DNA of 63,921 nucleotides, the filler included, from Conidiobolus incongruus B7586 (Eukaryota), in the NCBI GenBank assembly GCA_000697335.1. It is 19 parts of 19 records of this genome, joined end to end, with 100 filler letters (N's around TTAATTAATTAA, not from the genome) between each part and the next. Parts side by side here need not be neighbours in the genome. Positions count along the whole stretch, not along the records: positions 14,606 to 30,247 come from JNEM01005386.1; positions 30,348 to 32,082 come from JNEM01005387.1; positions 32,183 to 33,925 come from JNEM01005390.1; positions 34,026 to 35,086 come from JNEM01005391.1; positions 35,187 to 43,615 come from JNEM01005392.1; 14 more parts are not named here. One strand, given 5' to 3'. Under the pieces are notes generated by a model, which had not been told where the DNA came from, did no database searches, and saw only the letters and a program-made list of their open reading frames with translations. The position numbers were made by a program, and so were the translations under genes. Below are positions 26,554 through 39,904 of the stretch, piece after piece. Numbering within the stretch: the stretch's first letter is position 1; every line of letters begins with the position of its first letter.

Positions 26554-27840
26554 TTATACTTTTACAATGATCAATTTGGTAACTTGAATTCTAAGCCATA
26601 TTAATGACAAACAACTAGCAATGTAGCATCCGAATAAGAAAAACATACATGGCAAATAATTAACATATTCGCCAATAGTGTGGGCATTCACAATAGCCGT
26701 AGCAACGACAGTGCCAGCCAAGTAGCCAGGAGCGCAGCATGTATAGAAAAGACCATTGACTTGGGCTAATTTTTCCAGACCGAATAGTTGAGGTGCAAGC
26801 AGTGCAGAATTAGTGAAGAAAGCGCCAGAGAAAAGGCCAAAAATGATGGCAAAGATGATCAAAGACCATGTAACAGTTGCAAAATTCCAGATTAAGACAA
26901 ATGACAGGCTGCAAATGAAATTGGATATGACCAAAGTGTTGATATTGCCAATTCTATCTGATATTTTGCCAGTAGCGACACGACCAATTGCTGCAGCTCC
27001 ATTCATCAATCCAACAATTAGACTGGCTGTGGATGCATCAATACCGTGGTATTTACAATAAAGTGGCATGATGAAGAATGGAACCCAGTATGCGAAGCAT
27101 GAGGCAGCTCCTTGTCCCCACATGGCTATAAATTTCGTATCAGTAATAATTTCAAAGTCCAAGAACTTCTTGGGAGGTCTGAAAGGAACTCGAGCTCTGA
27201 GAAATAAACCGCTGGCCAAGAGAATTACAGTATCTATAATAGCATTGATACGAAGTGCCCAACGCCACCCAAGAGAATTGATGATAGCTTGGATAACAGG
27301 TGCAAGAACCAAACCACCTACACCAGATCCTGCAGCACAGATACCGACTCCAAGACCCCGATATTTATCTAACCACTGAGGGACAATACTAACAGTTGGG
27401 ATAAAGCATAAGCTGACGGCAACTCCGAGGAAAAGAGCTTGACCAATGAATAAATGCCATACTTGAGTAGCAAATGAAGTAATGACTAATCCCGCCCCAA
27501 TGATAATTCCTCCTGCAAAGATATTCACTCGGTGACCAACTTTTGACACCAAAATTCCTGAAGGAACTGCACATACCGCATAGATAGCAGGACCTAAGCC
27601 ACCTATCAGGGACATCAGAGATCTTGGTTCATTTGCAAAATCATCCTTGACATACTCCGCCAAATAGACACCAAAAGTTGCAACCGTGCCAAATATAACA
27701 AAATGAACCATTAAACCTATTACGACCATCAACCATGAGAATTTGGAGTCTAATTGAGGTTTTACAAGCAATTCAGAAATATCATTCCCTGTACTGGTGA
27801 TTTGATCTTCTCTAAGATTAGTATTAAAATCGTCTTTCAT
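26554..27840 (-). CDS. MFS transporter, monocarboxylate porter (MCT/Mch-like) family, copy B
   Basis: 428 aa paralogue of A, with GKISDRIG motif-A-like loop and ~12 TM segments. Confidence 0.93.
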   Translation of the reverse strand: MKDDFNTNLREDQITSTGNDISELLVKPQLDSKFSWLMVVIGLMVHFVIFGTVATFGVYLAEYVKDDFANEPRSLMSLIGGLGPAIYAVCAVPSGILVSKVGHRVNIFAGGIIIGAGLVITSFATQVWHLFIGQALFLGVAVSLCFIPTVSIVPQWLDKYRGLGVGICAAGSGVGGLVLAPVIQAIINSLGWRWALRINAIIDTVILLASGLFLRARVPFRPPKKFLDFEIITDTKFIAMWGQGAASCFAYWVPFFIMPLYCKYHGIDASTASLIVGLMNGAAAIGRVATGKISDRIGNINTLVISNFICSLSFVLIWNFATVTWSLIIFAIIFGLFSGAFFTNSALLAPQLFGLEKLAQVNGLFYTCCAPGYLAGTVVATAIVNAHTIGEYVNYLPCMFFLFGCYIASCLSLIWLRIQVTKLIIVKV

Positions 27841-29917
27841 ATTTTTACAATTATTTAAGTTTAATTTGAGAATTAATCAATCCAACTCAAGGTGATTTAT
27901 ATATATAATTAGGTTAAATCATTTCTGGCTAAATATTCAATTGATTACTAAGTCTTTCAATTTCAATCTCTTAAGATTAAAATTAATCAAGTTTTTAGAT
28001 TTTTTTTATCCACTTAGATTTTAAATTTTCTACCGCTTCAAAATTTTATAAATAATTAATAATAATAATAATAATTAGATTAATTGAAAATAACAGGGAT
28101 ACTAAATATAGTTATATTAAAATTATTAATATAATTTTGAGAAAGAGAGAGAAAAAGTAAATTCTCTTTAATGAGAGTACCTTGTTGGCAGATTAATTTT
28201 CAATTAATTATAATATTTTGTTGCTTAAAATTTACTTCCAAAATAAAATTTACATATTAAATTATATTTTTAATGATTATAATTTAATTAATTATAGGTT
28301 TATTATATAATATATAATCCATAGCATATATTATAAATATCATTTATCAAAAATAATTAATAAATTAAAATAAATCTGATTACAATATTTATATTCTATT
28401 AGACTTAGTGAATATAACCTAATTTTATTAATAAATTTTAAACTAATTGAGTTATATTAGTTTACAGAGAAAATAATATTAAAATTTATATTAAAATAAA
28501 ACTATTAATATTCATAGTTTAATCAATATCAGATATATCACATTGATCTTTATTAGAAAACGTTAACAATGATTATCATATTCATATAAAATGATATAAC
28601 AAATAATTTTTTCAATATCACTCTTGAATTACGTGTTATCAGTCAAAAACAAAATTTACAAGCTTATCAAAATTGAAAGGTTATGTATTATCATATTATC
28701 ATTCAAGTAGAAGCTACTGGGTAGTATTAAATAATTCCTTTCTTCCATACTTAATATAACCATCATATTATTATATCTATTATCATAATATTTTTGATAC
28801 TTATTGTTTCAAAATTCTTAAAGTAACTACTAGATATTTATTTGAGTAAATAGTTTTGATAAGCTCTCAAATTCAATGCAATATTTTCCTACTTAACAGG
28901 TATTTCATTAAGTTAATCATTTGAATTCATAATTAATAATATTACATCATCAATTGGCGAATAGTAAATCAATGAATCTAGATATGAAATTCAACAAGTT
29001 GACTATCATCGGTCATTTAAACCTTCAACTGAACTCAATTTGGCCCGACTATTGCAAATTTTAATCAATTATTGAATGATTTTTAGATAATAACTAATCA
29101 CTTTTTAATCATATATTTAAGGTTTTAATCATAGTTGATAATCAAAATCAGATATGAGGTATATGTATATCTTTATACATCTCCATTATATAAGCTTTAT
29201 CAAACAACAATATATTGAATGTTTTACAATTGAAATATTCATATTTAAAACAATAGAGCTATTTTTCCAACTAACATTTAAAAAAATTAAATGAATATCA
29301 AATTATCCAAAAATTTTCTCATATAATTGCAATTCTATTAGTAATGGAAATTAGTTCAATCATCGTTTGAATTGAATCATTAACCTGTATTTTTAAACTC
29401 GTTTTAATATAAAATAAATTGAGTTAATAATTTTTTATATAAAATACATAATAAATTAAATATTATATATATTTAGTATATTTTAAATTTAAATTTTAAT
29501 TAATAGAAAATTTCATAATTTAGAAACTTTGAATAAAAATATTATAAGTTATTAATGAAATATCATTAAATCTTTAAATTAAATATATCAAACCTTTTTA
29601 GGGACTATTTTAACTTCATATCACATCAATTCTCAAATTTATTTTCTTGAATAAATTTAACTTGAATCAATGACTATTATATTAATATTTACAAATACAA
29701 ATTGAAAAAATTTTCATCATTACATTTGCTCACTTAAATCTCAATCTAATAATATACTGATTATTTAATTATGCTAAATATACTTATATTAATATATTCA
29801 TATTAAGTACAAATTTAATCATTTTTTATAAATTCAAACTGAAATATTGAAATATTCATTTTTAAAAAATTTTAAAATTTTTTTATATATTCAAATATTA
29901 TTACTAAAATTCTTTTT

Positions 29918-29956
<39 letters not shown>

Positions 29957-30347
29957 TTTAAAATAAGAAAAAATATTTAAAATGATAATATGAATAATAT
30001 AATTTATACTTTTATAAGAATAAATTTAAAAATTATAATCTATATATTGAATTGAAAAAAAAATAAAAATATGAATATTTAATATATAACTACTAAAGAG
30101 AGTGAATTATTGCCTTAGTATTTTTAAGTGAGTAATAATAAAGATCATCATTTTATTTAAGCTTTTATTCTAATTTAAAATTAACAAAAACAATAATATT
30201 ATAAATTCCAATTTCCTTTAAATATTATAATCAAATTAATAATTTTTNNNNNNNNNNNNNNNNNNNNNNNNNNNNNNNNNNNNNNNNNNNNTTAATTAAT
30301 TAANNNNNNNNNNNNNNNNNNNNNNNNNNNNNNNNNNNNNNNNNNNN

Positions 30348-32082
30348 TATTTATTATTATTTTAAATTTTATTTATAATTTATTTTACTTTAATTTAATA
30401 TTATACATTATAATACTATTAAAAAAAGATATTTTTATATTATTTTAATAATGATAATAGTTTAATTATAAAATAAATCTAAGATTTTAATTTTTAAAAA
30501 ATTACTTTTTAAAAAGTTTATATTAAATAACTTTTAATTAAGAAAAATATAACTTAAAAAGCTTAAATCTAACAAACTAGTTATTTTACTATAATTAATA
30601 CATTAAACTAACTCTTTAATATTATTAAAGATAAATTAACTACTTATAACAATTTTAAAAACCTTTATAAGTTTGAAAACTATCTTAAAAATATTAAGAA
30701 TTAATTTAATTTTATTTTTAATAAAGATTTAAAAAATATCTTAAAATTAACCATTTTTTTTAAAAAAATCTACTTTATTTAATAGTTAACTTATTATAAA
30801 CTTAATCCTAAAGAGTTTTAGAGGGATAACCTATTATAAAAATATAAACTTTTAAATAATTAGAAAAAACTTTTAAAGAAAGGTATTACTTAAAAAATTA
30901 AGTTTAATTAATAAAAAAAACTTTCTTCACTCAAATAAAAAACTTTTACAAAATAATTAATTAAGAAATTTAATAAGATATATTTAAACATATTAAATAT
31001 TATTAAAGAAAAATAAATCTATAAGTTATTACAATATTTTAATTTTTAAATAAAACTCTAGTTAATTAATAGGGAATATCATAATAATATTTTTTTTAAT
31101 ATTTATGATATAATAATTATAATTAATAATATTTTTTATTTTATAATTAAATTTTCCTATTTTAAAAATTAATCTTTTAAAACTTACTTTAACCTACTTA
31201 ATTCTCAAATAATAAATGTTTCTGTTTTAAAGCTTTATAAGAAAACCTTTAGTTAAGAAGTTAAAGTTTACTTAAGAGTAAATAAAAGTTATTATTATTG
31301 TTAATAAACATAAGTTAATTATAAAGCTAATAAGTATTTTTTTTAAAAAACAACATCTATTTAATTTTTAATAATTTTAATTTATCAACTATAAATCAAA
31401 CTTAAATAATATTAATATTATCTTAAAATTACCTTTTTTATAATTAATTAGTAGATTTTAATTTAATCCACAAAAATTTTAATAAACTAATAATTCTATA
31501 AATTAAACTATATATATTAGAGAGATCTAACTAATTAAACTATTAAAAACTAAAAATATTTTAATAACTAATCTACTTTATAATTTTTTACCTTTAACTA
31601 TCACCTTATTATTTATTTTAACTAGATATTTTATAGATATACTTATTAATGTTTTAATTAACTCTAGTTGTTTTAGTTATATTATCTTTTCTTTTATTAT
31701 TATAAAATTATCTTTACTTATTTAAAAAACAGCTTAATAATTAAATATATTAATAATTTAATAGAATAAACATTTAACATTATATCTAATTATTTATTAT
31801 TATTTCTTAACTACTCTTAATATATTAAATTCTTAATTAGTAACATTAGTTATAATTTTATATTAGGTCAAAATTAGTTTGAATATTATAATTTTCTATC
31901 TATAAATATTACTTTAAAAGGTTACAAATTTATTTTATTTATATTCTAAAAAAATTAGTATAATTGATCTTAAAAAATTTATATTACTTTATTATAAAAC
32001 TACCAAATACTTTACCTAATACTAACTTTATAATAATGTTAAATAATTTTATTATTATAAGTAAAAAGCAATATAAAAAATT
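30348..32082 (+). mobile_element. Probable LTR-retrotransposon gag/protease remnant
   Basis: CpG-depleted, TA-rich coding-like texture. VLINSSCFSYII at ~31650 reverts by transitions to ALIDSGCSGHII (retropepsin DSG). The 3' part is repeated at ~33715-33890. Confidence 0.45.
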
Positions 32083-32352
32083 NNNNNNNNNNNNNNNNNN
32101 NNNNNNNNNNNNNNNNNNNNNNNNNNTTAATTAATTAANNNNNNNNNNNNNNNNNNNNNNNNNNNNNNNNNNNNNNNNNNNNTTTATATCAAATTATAAA
32201 TATTAATATATCAATTTAGATGAAAATAATAATTACAGAATAATATAATTAATTGAAATTTTTGGAGATTTCACAATATATAATAATACTTATAGTTTAA
32301 ATAAAAATGATTTATATTTAAATAATAGTATAAGAATATACAAATATAATAA

Positions 32353-33653
32353 TAATAATTTAATATTAAAATAATTGGAACTCTTTTAATTTCTGATTTT
32401 TCAAATATGTTATTAGTTTGTAATGAATAAATATATACAAAGTTAATAGTATATTATATTTTTTTAAAATATATATATAATAATTTTTATTAAAATATTA
32501 ACTTTTAAAATTAGTTGTTTAATTTAATTATATTTAAACCAAATAATGATTATCAAAAGTCTTTTATTTTAGTATTAGTAAAGCTTAACCATAAACTTTC
32601 TAAAATTATTTAAAATTTACAAGCAGCTTTTAGTAATAAAACATTATCTAAATAAACAATTTATTGCTAGGTAAATCACTTTAAGGTTAGAAAAGAAACT
32701 ATCCAAAACTTATCAAATTTAAAAGACCAACTTTAATTTTTTTTTAAATATTAATAAAATGAAAAAATATATTAAAAAGCATCTTTTTATTTCAGCTAGA
32801 GAATTATCCAAGCACTTTAATATTACTTTTATAAGTATTTTATATATATTAAAGTTTAAACTCAAATTAATAAATATAAATATAAAATGGGTACCTTATA
32901 ATTTAACTAAAGCTTAGAATAAAGCTAGAATAGTTATTATTAAACAAAACTTATTAAAATATTACTAGAAGCCTAAATTTTTAAAGTAAATAATTACAAT
33001 TGATGAATTTTAGATCCCTATATATAATCCTTTATTGAAAGACAAATCAAAATGCTGGATTAAGCTAAATCAACCCCCTCCACAAATCCTTTTAAAAGAG
33101 CATTTTGTTAATAAGCAAATATTAATTATTATAATAGATTATAATGTTATATGCTATTTTTATTTAGTTCCTGAAGGAAAATCAGTTAATAATAAACTTT
33201 ATATTGCTTTTTTAAATAAAAGTATTTCTAATTGGTATTTTGAATATAATTTAAAAATACCTATTATTTTACTTAAAAATTATAAATTAAATAAATCTAA
33301 AACTATAAAAAACTTTCTAATTAAAAATAACTAGAAAGAGCTACTATATCCAATATACCCCTTAGATTATTACCTATATAATTAAATTATATTAGTTAAT
33401 CAAAAAACTAGCTTATAGGAAAGAAAATATTTGTAAAAAAATTTAATTAATTTATAAAATATCAAATTTTGATCTTTAATAAAAAGAACTTTTTTTTAGG
33501 TATTAGATCTTTGCTAAAAATATAGCAAAATGCTATTAATAATAAAAGAAACTCTTAATTTTTATTATATATTTATTTTTACATCAAATATATTAAAATA
33601 TTAATTTATTTTGAATTGCAAAAAATTCCCATTATTAAAAATAAAGAGTAATA
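32353..33653 (+). mobile_element. Mariner-family (DD34D) transposon, full-length, degenerate
   Basis: HTH-like LQAAFSNKTLSK*TIYC*VNHFK, KWVPYNLT at ~32885 (WVPHEL motif), IITIDEF*I. TIR remnants AAAATAATTGGAA / TTCCCATTATTAAAA. Includes ORF 33035-33334. Confidence 0.88.
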
Positions 33654-34025
33654 TCAGTTATTATTATATACTAAGTAAAAATCAATTTGAATGTTATAGT
33701 TTTATATTTATAAATATAATTTTAAAAGATTACAAATCTATTTGTTTTATTTTCTAAAATAATTAATAGAATTAACTTTAAAAAATTTAAACTATTTATT
33801 ATAAAACTACTAAATACTTTATTTAATATTAATTTTTTAATTATAATATATCATTTTATTATATAATTAAAAATTAATATAAAAAGCTAATTAAAAACTT
33901 AAATAAAATATAAATATATATATATNNNNNNNNNNNNNNNNNNNNNNNNNNNNNNNNNNNNNNNNNNNNTTAATTAATTAANNNNNNNNNNNNNNNNNNN
34001 NNNNNNNNNNNNNNNNNNNNNNNNN

Positions 34026-35086
34026 TATAAAAATAATAATTTTTTATATTTTAAATAATTTTTTGCTATATTAATTATAAATTTCTAATATCTGGATAAT
34101 AATTATTTTTAATAAAGGGTAAAATTAAATATTTTACAAATTAATTAAATTTTTTTGCAAAAATATTTTTTCTTTTAAGCTATTTTTTTATTTATAAAAA
34201 ATTATTATCATATAGGTTATAATTTAAAGAATATACTAGATATGGTAGTTTTTTCTAGTTATTTTCAACTATAAAGTTTTTTACAACTATAGTTTTTTAT
34301 TTTTTATAATTATTCTATAAAATAATAGGTTATTTTAAATTATATTAAAAATACCAATTAATAATTGTATTATTTAAAATAATAATATAAAGTTTATTAT
34401 TAATTGATTTCCTTTTGGGAACTAAATAAAAATAAAATATAATATCATAATTTATTATAACAATGAATAAATGCTTATTAATATAGTGTTTATTTAAAAG
34501 ATTCTATAAAAAGGGTTAATTTAGCTTAATCTAACATTTTGATTAATTTTTTAATAAAGAATTATAAAAAAAATTTAAAATTATTCAATTATAATAATCT
34601 ATTATAAAACCTTGGTTTTTAAGTATACTTTAGTAAGTTTTGTTTAATAATAGCTATTTTAATTTATTTGAGCTTTAGTTAAATTATAAAGTATTAATTT
34701 TGTATTTTTATTAATTAATTTAAATTTAAATTTAAATTTTAATATATATATATATATATATATTACTTATTTGAATAATATTAAAAAATCTTGATAATTC
34801 TTTAACTAAAATAAAAAAAGTTATTTTAATATTTTTTTACTCTATTAATAATTAGAAAAGTAATAGTTAAAATTAGTCTTTTAAATTCTAATAAATTTTA
34901 GACATTTTTTGTCTTAAATTTAAAATAATTTACCTAGTGATAAATTATTAATTTAAATAATATTATATTATTAAAAGTGATTTATAGATTTTAAATATTA
35001 TTAAAAAATTTATGGTTTAATTTTAATAATAATAAAATAAAAAATTTTGATAAAGATTATTTAGTTTAAAATATTATTAAATTAAA
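34026..35086 (-). mobile_element. Mariner copy bounded by gaps
   Basis: Reverse complement of the 32353-33653 interior (e.g. TTTAGCTTAATCTAACATTTTGATT). Confidence 0.85.
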
Positions 35087-35460
35087 NNNNNNNNNNNNNN
35101 NNNNNNNNNNNNNNNNNNNNNNNNNNNNNNTTAATTAATTAANNNNNNNNNNNNNNNNNNNNNNNNNNNNNNNNNNNNNNNNNNNNAATAGATTATAAAG
35201 GTTTTTTTCAATATAAATTGTATAAAATATAGCTTATAATAATATTTTAAATAATATATTAATTTTCATTTTTATATTTAATACTAAAATTTATAGTTTT
35301 AAGATTTTATACGTCAAAAATTAATTATAAATTATTTTTATATTATAACAATCAAAACTTTTTGAATTATAAAATTATTAGATTATTAAAAATCAAGTTT
35401 GGGTATTACTTAATAAATTTTATAATAATTGAAAGTTAATATTTGTTATATCAATATAAG

Positions 35461-35797
35461 CGTTGTTTTTTGAAAATACCTGTCTGTCTTAATTTGATAG
35501 TAAAGTGCATATCATCTCCCATTTATAATGGATTTGTTGGTCCATAATCACATGATGTTCTTTAGTTTCTTTTATTAAAATTTATCCAAATCTTTTGTAA
35601 CTCACTGAATGAATTATTTTAACCCAGAAGTGAAAAGAATATAAAGGGATACTATTTTTTTCTGAATATTTTTCTATAATGTGTAAATAGTAAGTAAGCT
35701 TTAAGACATAAAGGATTAATAAATAATTTACTAAATCATATTATGAGTACTTTTCTAATAACTATCTTTATTTATAAAAACACTATAAAACACAACA
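35461..35797. mobile_element. Solo-LTR-like dispersed repeat, family 2
   Basis: Collinear with 42640-42987 (TCACTGAAT, CCAGAAGTGA, TTTAAGACATA, GATTAATAAATAATTTAC, GTACTTTTCTAA); ends CGTTGTTTTT...AAAACACAACA. Confidence 0.6.
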
Positions 35798-36581
35798 CTA
35801 GCACAAAGACAGAGTGTGAGAGTATTTAACTGAAGATATCATTTATTGGATTCGCTGGTTCATTTTAACTTCCTCTTATATACTTGACAATATTGAGGTG
35901 GGATGAATTAGCTATTATTTTTATTTTTGAATGGTATCTTCTCAATCATCTAATCCAATCAAAGGTAATCTTTTCAAATACAAAATTACTTTGAAAAATT
36001 ATCACATATTCATAGTAATTTATGGTTGAATGAGCTACAATATAAATTCGAATAAAAAATTTAAAATTAATGAAATGAAAAATGATAATGTTTATAAATA
36101 AATAAATGATTTTTGTAAGATATATAATCACAACTTAGAAAACTAAATATTGACCCAGTTTTAAGATATTTAAATATTTTAATATTTTTAACAAGATATA
36201 TCATACATAGACCATAGTATTGAATCTAGATTCAATAAAATTACTGAGGTTCATTGTTTACATTAAATTAAAATCAATTATTAAAACATTTTTTGTTTGT
36301 GATTCTAAGAATCATCGAAATAGAAATGATTTCACACTTTTTTAACTAATAATTGAGATATTTAATTATAATATCTGATTTTTAATTCAAGTGTTAGGCA
36401 AGTTTAAATAATAATTTAAACTGATTAATCAAATGAATGAATATTGTTTTTTATTTAATGAAGGTTTCATAACCATTTATCTCTCCAAATTATCTTTAAG
36501 CTATTCCTACTATAAAATGCAATTAATGATACCTTTATAAAAATAAAATTATTATCTAATATATTTAACAAAGTTTTTAAA

Positions 36582-37253
36582 ATGAGATTTTATCTGGATT
36601 TATTAATGTTTATAAATTTTATAACAGCACAAGGAGTTCAAATTAATGACAATACTCCATGTAGCTCACCTATGGAATGTTTATTATTTGAATTGTTAAA
36701 GAATCCACAATTCGCTGAAAAAATTCAAGAGTGTGGATCGAGAGATAACCAGCAAGAAATCGAAAGATGTACTTTACTAGCTGCTGGAATGAAGTCTGAA
36801 CAGATCGATAGCATGTTCAAACTACGTCCAGCCTTATTAGAATGTACCCAAGGTTCGGAGTTAGAACTGACTAAATGTGGCTCTAGTTGTAATGATAGGA
36901 AGTTTCAAAACTGTATTGCAAAGTGTCGAGATGCTGGTCAGTTATATACTGCTAATTGTATGGCGAAAAGGGCTAAAGTAAACAACTTTGATGCGAAGAA
37001 AGCTATTCAGTGTTCTCAAGGATGCCTACAGAAAGATATGTCAGATATTTTCAATTGTGATTATAAATGTAATGAAGCGATTTATAAAGGCTTGGGAGCT
37101 GAAGTTAATTCTTCAAGTTCTAATGGTGATATGAAAAGTAATTCGACTGAATCCGTTTCAGGCACAAGTAAATCGAATTCAGCACTATTGCACCTATATA
37201 CCTGGAACATTCTTCATTTAGCATTTTTTCTTATTTTTATTTTGAATTATTAA
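36582..37253 (+). CDS. Secreted 14-Cys protein, putative GPI anchor (paralogue 1)
   Basis: 223 aa; N-terminal signal-like stretch, 14 Cys including four CxxxC, S/N-rich linker, hydrophobic C-terminus. Confidence 0.87.
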   Translation: MRFYLDLLMFINFITAQGVQINDNTPCSSPMECLLFELLKNPQFAEKIQECGSRDNQQEIERCTLLAAGMKSEQIDSMFKLRPALLECTQGSELELTKCGSSCNDRKFQNCIAKCRDAGQLYTANCMAKRAKVNNFDAKKAIQCSQGCLQKDMSDIFNCDYKCNEAIYKGLGAEVNSSSSNGDMKSNSTESVSGTSKSNSALLHLYTWNILHLAFFLIFILNY

Positions 37254-39157
37254 ATATATCATTATTTATCAAATAATTATTTCATATTACTATGAACATT
37301 ATATTATATTTTGATTAAAAGATTTAGATGTATTAGAAAACTTGAGGTAGTGTAAAATTTGTATGAAAATAATTTCAAATATTAAAACAAAGATATTTAA
37401 ATTTCAATTGCCCTATTATTCTACTTCAATTCATAAGCTTCGGACCGGTAATTAAACTTTGAAAGCCTATATAATATTAGCTGACAGACACTATATATTG
37501 ATATTTTTAATCGAAGCTTAGGTCAAACTCAACCTTAAGCTATTTGTTCCCTTTATTCTTTCCAATATTTATCATTGATTTCAGAATTTTATGTGAAACT
37601 TTGTTTAATATCTGACAAACATTAATGGGAGAGGTATACATATTCCTAATATTAAATGGTATTTTTCAGTTTTAGGATAGTAATCCAAGTCATTATAATA
37701 TTGATAATTATACATACCTATTTTTATTAATATTTTTGAAAGTACCTCAATATATTATAATTACGAATTTCTTTTTAGTCAAGTTATAATGTTCAAGATA
37801 TGAAAATCATGCATCATTCATTATCCTAATTGATTGTTTGGTGAAATGTTATTGAATAATTAATTTTAAGCTTAAGATTGAATCTCCAAATCAATAAAAG
37901 TTATCAAGTTTTTGAAGCCATTTAATTAAATTCTGATAAGAGTTAACACCTGGTTATTATATACACTGTATAGGAAATATTATAGTTATTTTGCTTAAAT
38001 AACATTTACCCTTCATAAATTTATATTACACTTTTTTTGAGATATTGGAATTTTTCGTTATTATTAAATATTTTAGGAGTGTAAAAGTGGTAATATAAGG
38101 ATAAAATGATTTCGTGTGTAAATTGTTCAAAAACTCTCGTATTAAAAAAATTTCATCCGATAGTTTCAGTTATTCCATGTAAAATATTTTAATTCATAAA
38201 ATTTTTTTAATAGTTTATACTTTATATCCATTTAAAAAACTGACTATATTTTAGAAAAAATGTAAAATCATTAGACTTAGCATTACACTTTTCAATCTAA
38301 AATATTCTATTTATTATTTTAACTTCAATATTTAAAACTAATGATAACAATTTAATATATAGTTAAATAATGGGTAAAACAGCATAGAATAGCTCAAACT
38401 ATTAAACTCGTCACAATTGCATAACATATAAATATAGCTGATATTTCATACTTTTATCAACAATATAAAAAACAAAATTATTCAACTTTGTTGAAAACAT
38501 TTTTCAACATTGGTGAAGTTGAGTTATTTTTGATATTTATTTCATTGTAATGAGTTTATATTTAAAAATAAGATAGTATTGATTTGATTGTAAAACAGAA
38601 TCAAAATAGTTAATTTTAAAGAATTATTATTATGAATTTAAGTGGTATTGATTTATAAAATATCATTAGTGAACATTCTATGAAATTTTTGAGAAATTTT
38701 TAATTAATTTTGCTATTTATAATTATCAAAAAACTCGTTTAAATTAACTAAATAATTTTATATACAAATATTATTATTAAAATTTTTCAAATATGGTTAC
38801 TCCGAATTTGATAAATTAATTAGGCGTTTTGTGGACAAAATATGCAAGAACACATTTTATCATTGGATTTTTCGAGTGGAAATGTTGATCAAAACCTTCT
38901 TGATTAGAAATACTTGTTCCGTTATGACTTACACAATGACAGAGTCCACCAATTATTTATAATCATTAGTAAATTTCAATTTGTGAAAATGTTAAACACG
39001 TTAATATGTACACCAAGATTATTTATTTTGATTAATTAAAGATTAAACAAATTCTGTGATCATGCTTTGACTTATGAATTAGTATAAAAACTTTAAGAAT
39101 TCCTAACAATGGAACTATTAAAACCTTATTTTTAATTAAAACTATCAATAATTCGAA

Positions 39158-39904
39158 ATGAAATTTACTTACAATTTATTTGGCTTAGCTTGTTTAATCC
39201 TTTCTCATGGAGCTCAAGAACTCCCCGATGATTTGAAGTGCGCCAGTCCTTTAGAATGTAAAATGTTGGAAGTTGGGAAGGATCCCAAAGTTGCTCAAAA
39301 GGTTTTAGAATGTGGTGATGATATGGATGATCCCAAAGATCTAAAGTGCGTATTAAGTGCAATTGGAGTTAATGCCAACAAAACTGATATTATGATCAAA
39401 TTCGATCCATTTTTAGATGAATGTTCAGAAAATATCAAAGAAGAGTTTGAAGAATGTGGATCTAAATGCGATGTCAACGACATTATAAACTGTGCAAGAA
39501 AATGCAAAAAATCTTCTCAAATTAAAGTATACGACTGTTTGGGGAAGAAAGCTAAACTATCCAATTATGATGCTAAGCAAACAGTTGAATGCTTTAACAA
39601 TTGCAATCAAAATGAAATAGTAGAAGTGTTGGAGTGTGATTATAAATGTAAAGAACCTCTCTACAAGGGAGTAGGTATTGATTTAAGAGCTACTGATTCC
39701 AATAATAATAATAATAATAATAATAATGGAAACTCTACTAAATCAGAGCAAGCTCCCAACCAATCCCAGCAGGACAAAAATAAATCTGATCAAAAATCAG
39801 ATCAACCTAAACAATCTACTCAAGGATCTGGTGCCCAAAATCTTAACATTGAGCACTTTGCTTTAGCATCTTTAACTTTATTCCTTGGTTCATTTTTCTT
39901 ATAA
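39158..39904 (+). CDS. Secreted 14-Cys protein, putative GPI anchor (paralogue 2)
   Basis: 248 aa; same 14-Cys pattern, shared CDYKC..xxYKGxG, (AAT)9 poly-Asn, Q/S/K linker, hydrophobic tail. Confidence 0.88.
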   Translation: MKFTYNLFGLACLILSHGAQELPDDLKCASPLECKMLEVGKDPKVAQKVLECGDDMDDPKDLKCVLSAIGVNANKTDIMIKFDPFLDECSENIKEEFEECGSKCDVNDIINCARKCKKSSQIKVYDCLGKKAKLSNYDAKQTVECFNNCNQNEIVEVLECDYKCKEPLYKGVGIDLRATDSNNNNNNNNNGNSTKSEQAPNQSQQDKNKSDQKSDQPKQSTQGSGAQNLNIEHFALASLTLFLGSFFL

